Assembly (NCBI GenBank): GCA_029240715.1
Contig: JARDZR010000006.1
Location: 1,104 to 65,103, forward strand
Length of the DNA stretch: 64,000 bases
From: Gammaproteobacteria bacterium
GTDB taxonomy: Bacteria; Pseudomonadota; Gammaproteobacteria; Francisellales; CACEW01
Direction: 5' to 3'
Shown: positions 41,994 through 50,696 of the stretch, in pieces
Numbering within the stretch: the stretch's first letter is position 1
How the letters are laid out: every line of letters begins with the position of its first letter
Made by a program: the position numbers and the translations under genes
The notes under the pieces: generated by a model
Databases searched by the model: none
Seen by the model: the letters and a program-made list of their open reading frames with translations, nothing else
What the model was told of the DNA's origin: nothing

Positions 41994-43529
41994 ATGTTAG
42001 GATCAGATGGCATGGGTACAGAAGTGGGAAGCAGCTTGGCAGCTCGAAGAGCCTCATCTGCAAGTTTAACAGCGGGAGCAGCTTCGGCGGGTAGCGCAGC
42101 TTCGCAGTCATTAGCTGCGACAGCCTGGTACGCTGAATATCAGGAATATTACAATGAGTTAAAGGTAGCTGTGGTTAAGCTTTGGAATGCACAGCCTGCA
42201 GTCGGTGATCCAGCTAGCTTAAGACATGTTAGAGCGAAAGGGCAAGAGAATAGCACAGTGAACCTGTTCAAAGCTCCCCACTACAAGGCAGAAGAAGCTA
42301 AAGACATTGCAGAGAAGTGGTATGGAAAAATTCCAGCGGATATGAATTTTTCTGCTGCTGCTAACACTGAGCTTAATAAAACGATTGAAGCGATAACGAA
42401 AATTTTGCGTGAATATATCACGGAGTCAAAAGGCCGTTGGTTTGTGGACCCTTTGAAAACAGCTGCTAAGTCTGAAATAGCCGAGCTGGCGATTCAATTT
42501 TTTGAAAAAATCAGAGCAGATGAAGTTAGATCTTATCAAGTGCGTGCCTATTGTGTAGAGAGAATGCTGCATGAGCTTGTAGTATTTGACTCTAAAGACG
42601 CAGGGAAAGGAAAGCATTTTCCGCAAGCTTTGCAAAAATGTCATTTAGCTTTAAATGAATATGAAAACAAGTTACTTGTTGATGCTGTTTCCCTTCCAGT
42701 TGATGCTGTTTCTCTTCCAGCGCCTTCATATGAAGCTCAATATCCAGCAGCAGCTGCGGCAGCTGTTCCTGCTCCAGCTGTTGCATCTGACGCGCCATCT
42801 CTAACTGTAGCTACGGCTGCTGCTCCAGTTTCTGCTGCCGCAACAACAGGAAGTGCTGCCGATACAGCCGCAGTATCTCCTGGGAAAAAGCGTCGTGCTC
42901 AATGGCTTTCGCTGTTTGGCGGTGGCGCTGCTGCTCCAGCTCCAGCAGAAGCTGCTGTCGGCGCTGCAGAAGCGCTTGATACTAGATGGTCTCCATCGTT
43001 TGGCGCTGCTGTTGGCGCAGCTGCTCCAGCATCTGCTTCAGCTGGAAGCACAGACAGCACTGTAGTGGCTGACAAAACTCGAACTTCTTCTATAGCGGAT
43101 GCTACTGTTGCAGCCAATGCAGCTGCAGCTGCCGTCGCTGCTCTTTCTGCTAGCATAGGACAGCCAGATCAAGTAGCTGTAGCAATCCCTGTTGGTGCAA
43201 GTGAAAGCAAGTCTCAGGAAGCGGCTCCTGCTATCGTTGCTGCCCCTGCTGCAGAAGCTCATGCAGCTGCTCCTGCTCCAGGGCTGGTTGCTCAAATAGC
43301 AGGAAAAGCCCAAGATTTAGTAAGGACTTTGTCTGCTTTGAGTGGTTCAAGCCATGGCCGTGCAAGTGCGGGCAGCGTTGAAGAAGCTGGTGTTGCTCAG
43401 GGTCAAGCGGCCGAAGGGCTTGTTTTGCCAGATGTGGCACCAGTTCAAGGTGCATTTGCAGCTGTCGCCCGGCGCTCGCCTGTCGCAGCTGAAAGTGAAG
43501 CTTCAAGTACCGCAGAAGCGGGACAGTAA
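41994..43529 (+). CDS. Hypothetical protein: helical N-domain plus long Ala/Ser/Pro/Val-rich low-complexity C-half (candidate effector)
   Basis: AGGAGG SD, 511 aa. Residues from about 230 to 511 are Ala-rich low complexity (about 40 percent Ala by eye) and include the tandem VDAVSLP-VDAVSLP. Followed by its own terminator. Confidence 0.6.
   Translation: MLGSDGMGTEVGSSLAARRASSASLTAGAASAGSAASQSLAATAWYAEYQEYYNELKVAVVKLWNAQPAVGDPASLRHVRAKGQENSTVNLFKAPHYKAEEAKDIAEKWYGKIPADMNFSAAANTELNKTIEAITKILREYITESKGRWFVDPLKTAAKSEIAELAIQFFEKIRADEVRSYQVRAYCVERMLHELVVFDSKDAGKGKHFPQALQKCHLALNEYENKLLVDAVSLPVDAVSLPAPSYEAQYPAAAAAAVPAPAVASDAPSLTVATAAAPVSAAATTGSAADTAAVSPGKKRRAQWLSLFGGGAAAPAPAEAAVGAAEALDTRWSPSFGAAVGAAAPASASAGSTDSTVVADKTRTSSIADATVAANAAAAAVAALSASIGQPDQVAVAIPVGASESKSQEAAPAIVAAPAAEAHAAAPAPGLVAQIAGKAQDLVRTLSALSGSSHGRASAGSVEEAGVAQGQAAEGLVLPDVAPVQGAFAAVARRSPVAAESEASSTAEAGQ
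42678..42719 (+). repeat. Perfectly adjacent 21-bp tandem duplication inside the CDS (2 copies, 1 mismatch)
   Basis: gttgatgctgtttcccttcca (42678-42698) is followed by gttgatgctgtttctcttcca (42699-42719), encoding VDAVSLP twice. Confidence 0.9.
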
Positions 43530-43546
43530 TAATCTCTAATATTAAA

Positions 43547-43572
43547 AGCCCCATAAACTGGGGCTTTTTTTT
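43547..43572 (+). terminator. Rho-independent terminator
   Basis: AGCCCCA-TAAAC-TGGGGCT hairpin followed by a T8 run, 18 nt after the stop at 43529. Confidence 0.85.
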
Positions 43573-43645
43573 ATAAAATTTTTGCAGCAGACCAGCAGTT
43601 TTTTGAGTAAAGTAATAGGCCAGACATTTCAGTAAGGATATTTTT

Positions 43646-45259
43646 ATGTACGGAGATCATGATTCGATTTCGACAACGGTAGAAAAATTTGTCGCGGCCC
43701 CTGGGCTTAACGAAAGAATAGCGGCATTTTATAATTCTTTGCCTCAAGAAGTCCGTGATCAACTTGAGGCTACTACCATAGATATAATCTTTTCACAGGC
43801 GTCCTCTGAGTTTGAACAAAAATACCAGCCTGCACTGCAAGAATCTGTTGGCTTTGATTATGGGGTCGCTATTTTTGCAAGCTATGAAAAAACAATTTCT
43901 CAGTTAAAAGATGAATTGTCTCGACTGATTAAACTGGGGCTAGAGGATGAGGTTGGCAAAGAGTTTGCCAAGAAACTTGAACAGGACCATCAGGAAAAGA
44001 AAGCAATAATCAGTGAACTTTATATGGTTATTCCCATAAAACAAAAATGGGTCAAAATAGAGGCTGAATTGCTAGAAGCTGAGCAACAATTTAATGCAGC
44101 CATAGCGCCTTTAAAGCTAAAGTTAGACACCGAATTTATTATGCCTGCAAAAGAGGCTATGGATGATAAAGCCGCAGCTGAAGCAGCCTTTGGGGTTTAT
44201 GAAACAAGGCTTGCTAAGTTGTTTACATTTTTAAGCACAATAAGAACCCAAATAAAAAGCTGTGTTGAAGAAAGGCTTGTCAAGCAGCATGCCAATATAG
44301 AGTTTCTGAAAGCTATCTATAAATGCAGCGCTGAAAAAAAGCGCAGCCTACACCAAATTATTCATGCAAGTAAAATGGCTGTGTTAGACCTACAAGTTAA
44401 GTTCCTGGCAACTGCCAATGAAGGAGAAGAAGCCACTAAGCTTCAAAAAATAATGGAGGCTTTTGCAGCGGAAGGGACTGTCGATACTTGGAATAAAGAG
44501 TATTGTGAAGAGCGCGATAAAATTACAGAAGCCTATAAATGTCATGAAGTATTTGTCAAAATCCTTAGGGCTGATAAATCTTTTTTGCGTACAGTTGATG
44601 CTGCTAATTTTATGGCATATGTTCAAGCTAATAATACCGACTTAAAAGAATTCAACCAAGCTATGACAAGGGCTGATTTGAAATTTAAAGCCGTGGTACA
44701 AGACTATATCAACAAGCGTCAACCTAGCATATTAAAAGGCATGGTCCAATTTAATGTAACGGCAGAAGAAAAAATTAAATGGGCTAGAGTATTATTAACT
44801 TTCCTAGAACGTTTGCCAGAACGCCCATGGCTGCCCATTCAAAAGTTCTGGGCATTGTCGCAGTTAATTCATCAGCTTGAAAAGGCCAATCAAACTAAAT
44901 CCTTGTTAGCAGATCCTGGCACCCATTTCCCCAAATTAATGGCAGCCTGTAAGCTAATTTTGCTTGAACTAAAAGAGGCTTTGCCTGAGATTGTGTCGGC
45001 GCCTGAATCGCAATTTACAGTAGGCATTATGAGTACTGTAGCATTATATAGGCCAAGGTCTGGAACAGGCAGTACGACTGCAACCAGCTATACAGCTGAT
45101 GTCGCTAGCCCAGTCGGAGATAGCTTTCGCAGCTCAAGTTCACGCTTATCTGGAATCGCGGGGTCTTTTTTTAGGAAAGGGGGAGGCGCTGCCGCGTCTA
45201 GCCCAGCTGCCTCTGCTAACGGCGGAGCAGGAGGGGACGGCTTTGGCAATGTGTGTTAA
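43646..45259 (+). CDS. Hypothetical protein, all-alpha/coiled-coil with Ser/Gly/Ala-rich tail (candidate effector)
   Basis: 537-aa ORF with long helical heptad-like stretches. The last roughly 75 residues are S/T/G/A-rich and end GGAGGDGFGNVC. No recognisable motif. Confidence 0.55.
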   Translation: MYGDHDSISTTVEKFVAAPGLNERIAAFYNSLPQEVRDQLEATTIDIIFSQASSEFEQKYQPALQESVGFDYGVAIFASYEKTISQLKDELSRLIKLGLEDEVGKEFAKKLEQDHQEKKAIISELYMVIPIKQKWVKIEAELLEAEQQFNAAIAPLKLKLDTEFIMPAKEAMDDKAAAEAAFGVYETRLAKLFTFLSTIRTQIKSCVEERLVKQHANIEFLKAIYKCSAEKKRSLHQIIHASKMAVLDLQVKFLATANEGEEATKLQKIMEAFAAEGTVDTWNKEYCEERDKITEAYKCHEVFVKILRADKSFLRTVDAANFMAYVQANNTDLKEFNQAMTRADLKFKAVVQDYINKRQPSILKGMVQFNVTAEEKIKWARVLLTFLERLPERPWLPIQKFWALSQLIHQLEKANQTKSLLADPGTHFPKLMAACKLILLELKEALPEIVSAPESQFTVGIMSTVALYRPRSGTGSTTATSYTADVASPVGDSFRSSSSRLSGIAGSFFRKGGGAAASSPAASANGGAGGDGFGNVC

Positions 45260-45297
45260 ACTTTGTTGAGTGATAACTTGGCTTAAGAGAGACTGCT

Positions 45298-47076
45298 TTG
45301 CCTAAGCTTTTACCTAAAATTCAATCTCGTGTTGTAGATCAGGCTGTTTTTAAAAAATTACTCGAAGAGGGTGTCGAGCCGGTACTTGCTAAAATTATTG
45401 CAGCGCGGCCTCTTCCTTTCCATGAAAAGGGGGCTTTAGCGGCTTTAAACTGTAAGCTTGCTGATATGGACTCACCTTTTTTAATGAAAGACATGCAGCT
45501 TGCCGCTGAAAGGGTCCTTAAAGCCATTTTACAAGGCGAGGTGATTGGCATTGAGACTGATCATGACTGCGATGGCCAAACTAGCCATGCAGTATTGTTA
45601 AAAGGGCTGGTTGAGATATTGGGGCACCCGCTTGATAAAATTCAATCCTATATCGGCCATCGTCTACAAGAAGGCTATGGACTTTCTGAGGCTTTGGCCA
45701 AACGCATTCTAGCCAATCCAGTTCGCCCCAATTTATTGATTACAGCGGATAATGGGAGTGCGGATGAGCCTCGTATTGCTCTGCTCAAGCAAGCTGGTAT
45801 AGAGGTAATTGTAACGGATCATCATGCGATTCCTGCAGAAGGGGTGCCTAAAAGCGCTTATGCCTGTTTAAATCCTACTCAAGAGGACTGTCAATTTCCT
45901 GATCCCTATATTGCAGGATGTATGGTGGCATGGTTATTGATGGCCGCGGTAAGACGTTTAATGGTAGAGGCTAAACTGCTTGAAGCCTCAGCCCCTTCAA
46001 TGCTTGAGTTATTGGATTATGTAGCAGTCGGGACGGTGGCAGATTGTGTCAGTATGGCGCGCAGCATCAATAACAGGGTGGTAGTGCAGTATGGGCTTCA
46101 TAAAATCAATCAAATGCAAAGGCCTTGCTGGCAAGCTTTAAAGCCTTTATTAAGAAACTCTTCAGTTAGCGCAGAGGATTTGGGCTTTATTGTTGGCCCT
46201 TTACTCAATAGCGATGGCAGGCTATCTGATGCCTTGGGTTCAGTCAGTTTTCTTTTGTCGGCTTCAATTCAGGAAGCAGGGCCTTGGGCAGAACAGCTTT
46301 GGCGGCATAATCAGGCCCGTAAACAAATTCAGCGTGGCATTACTGAGCAGGCCATGCGTTGTGCAGAAAAGCAGGTCAATGCCGGTAAGTTATCGCTTTG
46401 CATTTTTTTAGAAGATGGGCATGCGGGGGTGCATGGTATCTCAGCCAGTAAGATAAAAGATGCTTTTGGCAGACCGACTGTTATCTTTTCGCCCAAGCTC
46501 AATGAACCTGAAATCATCACCGGCTCAGCCAGAAGCATCGATGGAGTGAATATCAGAAAAGCTCTACAGGATATGGCTGATAAAGAGCCTGATCTCATGC
46601 TAAAGTTTGGCGGACATAAAGGTGCCGCGGGTATGACCATTAAACAAGCTCATTTTGAGGGCTTTTCACTGGCTTTTGAACAAGCTGTTAAAAATCAGGT
46701 CTTGCCAGAGCAGGTGGGGCCTGTTTTATGGACAGACGGCCAGCTAGCAGAAACTTATAGTCTTGATCTGCTGCAGCGTTTGAATAAACTGTTGCCGTTT
46801 GGTCGTGAGTTTGAAGCGCCTCTATTTGAGGCCCATTGTAAAGTTTTGAGCATTAAGGCAGTGGGTCAGACAGGCAGTCATTTGCAGCTTAGTTTGCAGT
46901 GTGTCAATAAGCAGGTAATTTCTGCTGTATGGTTCAATGCTTGTGAATCTGAAGACAGTGAGCTTCCTGTTAAAATTGCGGACGATGTTCATGTGGTTTT
47001 TTCGCTAAGCGAAAATGTTTTTCGTGAACAGCGTAGTTTGCAATGCCAAATTCATTATTTAAATCCTATTGAGTGA
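45298..47076 (+). CDS. recJ: Single-stranded-DNA-specific exonuclease RecJ
   Basis: DHH motifs (I.TDHDCDGQTS, ITADNG, VTDHH) and DHHA1 (GGH..AAG). 592 aa with a TTG start. Confidence 0.92.
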   Translation: MPKLLPKIQSRVVDQAVFKKLLEEGVEPVLAKIIAARPLPFHEKGALAALNCKLADMDSPFLMKDMQLAAERVLKAILQGEVIGIETDHDCDGQTSHAVLLKGLVEILGHPLDKIQSYIGHRLQEGYGLSEALAKRILANPVRPNLLITADNGSADEPRIALLKQAGIEVIVTDHHAIPAEGVPKSAYACLNPTQEDCQFPDPYIAGCMVAWLLMAAVRRLMVEAKLLEASAPSMLELLDYVAVGTVADCVSMARSINNRVVVQYGLHKINQMQRPCWQALKPLLRNSSVSAEDLGFIVGPLLNSDGRLSDALGSVSFLLSASIQEAGPWAEQLWRHNQARKQIQRGITEQAMRCAEKQVNAGKLSLCIFLEDGHAGVHGISASKIKDAFGRPTVIFSPKLNEPEIITGSARSIDGVNIRKALQDMADKEPDLMLKFGGHKGAAGMTIKQAHFEGFSLAFEQAVKNQVLPEQVGPVLWTDGQLAETYSLDLLQRLNKLLPFGREFEAPLFEAHCKVLSIKAVGQTGSHLQLSLQCVNKQVISAVWFNACESEDSELPVKIADDVHVVFSLSENVFREQRSLQCQIHYLNPIE

Positions 47077-47196
47077 ACAAGAAAACCCGGTTTTGTGATT
47101 TCCGCTTAGGTACAAAAGCATTCTAAGACAATAAATTGTCAAGAAAATCCTCATTTTATTTGCTAGAATACTGGAAGTAGAGTTTTAAGAGGGTTT

Positions 47197-48273
47197 ATGG
47201 TGAAGTTACGGCTCATTATAAAAACAATAGTATTGAGTTGCTTGCTGTTAGCTTTTAATCATAGCTGGGCAATGCAAAGCTATGGCCCCACTAAAGCCAA
47301 TGAAACTTTGTGGTCAATTGCTAGCCGGCATCATCCGGCTAAAGTCACAGTAGAGCAAACTGCTTTAGCAATCGTAAAGCTTAACCCTAAATCTTTCCAG
47401 GGCTCAGATTATGTTTTGCGCCTGCATTCTTACTTAAGGCTGCCTACTACTGCTTCTGAAGTTAAATCTGTTTTAGGCTTGACTGCTGTGAGTACAGCCA
47501 ATAGTAAAGCCAAGGCTTCAAGCAAGCTAAACAAGCCAGTAGTTAAGTCGGCGCGCACTGTTTCAAGCGCTAAGTCAGTCCATCCACATAAACTACCTAG
47601 CGCAGATCACCGCGCTGTTTCGCCGCAGCCAATGCCTCCTCAACAAGCTTATCTCTCTCAGATAGCGGAACTTAATCAACAACTGACTGCAGCCAATCAG
47701 CAGATTGCTTCTCTTCAGCAGCAATTATCAGATAGCAACAGTAATGTTAATGGTTTTCCTTGGGCAAGCCTTTGGTTTATTTTATGGGCTTTAACCAGCG
47801 TTTCTTTATATATGGTCTATCGTCGTTATAAATCTGCTGAAACAGTAGAAACGGAAGACGATGCAAACTTAAAAGCTCAATTAAAAGAAGCTCGAGGCAA
47901 AACTGAGCCTATTATTATTTCAGTATCGGAAAAAGAGCCCGAAAACCCATTCCAGCAAGGTGAGCTTGATATTCCTGCAAATGAAATTGGCTTGAATGAA
48001 CAAAGCTTGGCAGAAACTACCGACAATGAAACAGAGCAGGCAGAAGACATGCCGGCCACCCCCGAAATTCAAGCTCTGTTGCAGCAAATAGAAACGGATC
48101 CTTACAACTTAGAATTGCGCATGGAGCTGTTAGAGCTTTATGCTAATGCTTCTGATCAAGCGGGTTTTAACCAACAGTCACGAGAGATGTTAAATCACAA
48201 TCTAATGATGGAAGGTGATGAGGTTTGGTCTAAAGTGAGGGCTTTATATCTTAATACCTGGGTCTATGCCTAG
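47197..48273 (+). CDS. Short FimV/HubP-family protein (LysM-like N-domain, TM, FimV C-terminal motif)
   Basis: Signal/TM segment, then YGPTKANETLWSIASRHHPAKVTVEQTALAIVKLNPKSF (the FimV N-terminal LysM-like signature). A Q-rich coiled coil follows, then a TM segment (WASLWFILWALTSVSLYMVY), an acidic region and the C-terminal DPYNLELRMELLELY motif. Confidence 0.6.
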   Translation: MVKLRLIIKTIVLSCLLLAFNHSWAMQSYGPTKANETLWSIASRHHPAKVTVEQTALAIVKLNPKSFQGSDYVLRLHSYLRLPTTASEVKSVLGLTAVSTANSKAKASSKLNKPVVKSARTVSSAKSVHPHKLPSADHRAVSPQPMPPQQAYLSQIAELNQQLTAANQQIASLQQQLSDSNSNVNGFPWASLWFILWALTSVSLYMVYRRYKSAETVETEDDANLKAQLKEARGKTEPIIISVSEKEPENPFQQGELDIPANEIGLNEQSLAETTDNETEQAEDMPATPEIQALLQQIETDPYNLELRMELLELYANASDQAGFNQQSREMLNHNLMMEGDEVWSKVRALYLNTWVYA

Positions 48274-48440
48274 TCAGCTTGATAATTTACCCTTTATTAG
48301 ACAAGCACATTATGCGCGATAGCTCAGCTAAAGCCTTAAGTTAAATTGAAAAGCCTTTGCTTGGCAGTGGCATGGGTTTTATTTTGTACTCACCTATTGC
48401 CTGTGATAAACTTAAAATATTTTTATTGAAAGGATAGGCT

Positions 48441-49397
48441 ATGCAATTTTTAGATTTTGAACAGCCGATTGCTGAACTTGAAGCTAAAATTGATGCTTTG
48501 CGCAAAGTCGAGCACGGCTCTGAAGTCAACATCAATGAAGAAATCAAAAAACTAGAGGAAAAAAGCAAAAAGCTGACTGCCTCAGTTTTTTCGACTTTAA
48601 CAGATTGGCAAGTTATTCAACTGGCACGCCATCCTCATCGCCCTTATAGCCTTGATTATATTGAGTATGCTTTTACTGATTTTGATGAGCTGCATGGTGA
48701 CAGGAGCTTTGCTGATGATCCGGCAATAGTAGGGGGTTTGGCGCGAATTGATGACCAGCCTGTAATGGTCATTGGTCAGCAAAAAGGCCGCACCACTAAA
48801 GAAAAATTATTTCGTAACTTTGGAATGCCTCATCCAGAAGGCTATCGCAAAGCTTTGCGCTTAATGAAAATGGCAGAACAGTTTAATCTTCCTGTGATTA
48901 CTTTAATTGATACCCCAGGCGCTTATCCTGGAGTCAATGCTGAAGCTCGTGGCCAGAGTGAAGCGATTGCTAGAAATTTACGTGAAATGTCCGTTTTAAA
49001 AGTCCCAGTTATCTGCGCCGTGATTGGAGAGGGCTGTTCAGGTGGTGCATTAGGTATTGGTGTGGGCGATGTTTTACTCATGTTTGAATACAGTTATTTT
49101 GCCACCATTTCACCTGAAGGCTGTGCTTCTATTTTATGGAAAAGTGCAGAGAAAGCCCCGCAAGCCGCTGAAATTATGGGAATTACAGCCGGCCGTTTAA
49201 AAAAGTTAAAGGTAGTGGACCAGATTATTAAAGAACCTTTGGGTGGGGCACACCGGAATCCTCAGGCAGCTGCAGAAAGTTTGAAAAAGGCCATATTGGC
49301 GGAGCTTTCACGATTACAAGCTTTAAGTACAGAACAGCTGCTTGAACAACGCTATCAAAAACTGATGGAATTTGGCCGTTTTGAGGTCAAAGAATAG
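48441..49397 (+). CDS. accA: Acetyl-CoA carboxylase carboxyltransferase alpha subunit
   Basis: Nearly collinear with E. coli Acc[81 protein letters not shown]. Confidence 0.96.
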   Translation: MQFLDFEQPIAELEAKIDALRKVEHGSEVNINEEIKKLEEKSKKLTASVFSTLTDWQVIQLARHPHRPYSLDYIEYAFTDFDELHGDRSFADDPAIVGGLARIDDQPVMVIGQQKGRTTKEKLFRNFGMPHPEGYRKALRLMKMAEQFNLPVITLIDTPGAYPGVNAEARGQSEAIARNLREMSVLKVPVICAVIGEGCSGGALGIGVGDVLLMFEYSYFATISPEGCASILWKSAEKAPQAAEIMGITAGRLKKLKVVDQIIKEPLGGAHRNPQAAAESLKKAILAELSRLQALSTEQLLEQRYQKLMEFGRFEVKE

Positions 49398-49400
49398 CTC

Positions 49401-50696
49401 ATGCAGCCAGTTTCGGCCCTGATTGCCATTCTGTCACAGTATCAACCTGCGACAGTTTGGCTTGGTTTTAGCGGTGGTCTTGATTCAACTGTGCTGCTAC
49501 ATGCTACAGCCCAAGCTGTTAAGCATTTCCCAGATATTCAGATTCAAGCCATACACGTTAACCATGGCCTATCTCCTTTAGCTGAGCAATGGGCTGCTCA
49601 TTGCCAATCTCAAGCTCAACAACTTACTATCGCTTGTCATGTCGAACGATTAGCTTCAAAGCCGGCAGTGGGTGAGAGCATTGAACATTGGGCAAGACAG
49701 CAGCGCTATGCCTGTTTTGAAAAATATGTCAAAAAGGGCGATTTATTGCTAACTGCTCATCACCAAGACGACCAGGCTGAAACAGTCTTATTGCAGCTAT
49801 TGAGAGGGGCGGGGCCAAAAGGTTTATCGGCTATGGCGCAAATTTCAGATTTTAAAGAAGCTGTGCTTGCCAGACCTTTTCTTGGTATTTCTCGGCAAGA
49901 ATTAGAGGCTTATGCCAAAGAGCATAAGCTATCTTTTGTTGATGATCACTCCAATCTAGACATCCGCTATGATCGAAACTTTATTAGACATCAGATCATG
50001 CCTGTTTTAAAACAACGCTGGCCGGTTTGTGCTGAGCTTTTTGCAAGATCTGCTCAAAACTGTGCTGAGCAAGAGCAGGTTTTGCAAGAGTATATCGCAT
50101 GCGAACTGCAAGATTTGGGCCTTACCATTCCCGCCCAAGCAGGAGTTCAGACGGCATTTCCGATTGATCAGCTATTGCAGCATAGCCAGCCTAAGCAAAA
50201 TTTACTATTAAGGGCCTGGATCCATCAAATAAGCAATCAAGCTCCAAGCCGCCAATTGTTAGACAATATTCGACATAATATAGTGGAGGCTGCTCAAGAC
50301 GCAGAGCCTTTTATAAAATGGGGTAATTGGGAGTTTCGTCGCTATCATCATGCTTTATATCTTATCCAGGCTTTGCCTGAAGTTCCTCAGGGCTATTCGG
50401 TTAAATGGAATGGCAATAAGCCTTTGCAGGTCCCGACCTGGCCCGTTGCTTTGACAAAACAGTACTTATTAGAGCAGGGGCTTGATAATATCAATCAATT
50501 AGATTGGGAAAAGCTTGTCGTTAAATTGCGTGAAGGCAAAGAACGTTGTCGCCCCAAGGGCCGCCAGCACTCGCAATCTTTAAAAAAATGTTTGCAAGAA
50601 GCAGGCATCCCGCCATGGCTAAGAGACAGGATGCCGCTAATTTACTATAACGATCAATTAATTATGGTGGTTGGGGGGTTCCCCTGCCAGCCATAA
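49401..50696 (+). CDS. tilS: tRNA(Ile)-lysidine synthase
   Basis: PP-loop SGGLDS, HVNHGL, TAHH.DDQ.ET.LL.LLRG, and a C-terminal substrate-binding domain (K...QE.GIPPW.R...PL.Y). Confidence 0.92.
   Translation: MQPVSALIAILSQYQPATVWLGFSGGLDSTVLLHATAQAVKHFPDIQIQAIHVNHGLSPLAEQWAAHCQSQAQQLTIACHVERLASKPAVGESIEHWARQQRYACFEKYVKKGDLLLTAHHQDDQAETVLLQLLRGAGPKGLSAMAQISDFKEAVLARPFLGISRQELEAYAKEHKLSFVDDHSNLDIRYDRNFIRHQIMPVLKQRWPVCAELFARSAQNCAEQEQVLQEYIACELQDLGLTIPAQAGVQTAFPIDQLLQHSQPKQNLLLRAWIHQISNQAPSRQLLDNIRHNIVEAAQDAEPFIKWGNWEFRRYHHALYLIQALPEVPQGYSVKWNGNKPLQVPTWPVALTKQYLLEQGLDNINQLDWEKLVVKLREGKERCRPKGRQHSQSLKKCLQEAGIPPWLRDRMPLIYYNDQLIMVVGGFPCQP

Noticed and set aside
42853-43554. Five long ORFs in alternative frames and strands: 42853-43065 +, 42899-43156 -, 43038-43313 -, 43231-43554 -, 43342-43539 +.
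   Set aside because: All lie inside the Ala-rich, GCN-codon low-complexity part of the 511-aa gene. Such composition keeps other frames open by chance, and none has an SD or an independent motif.
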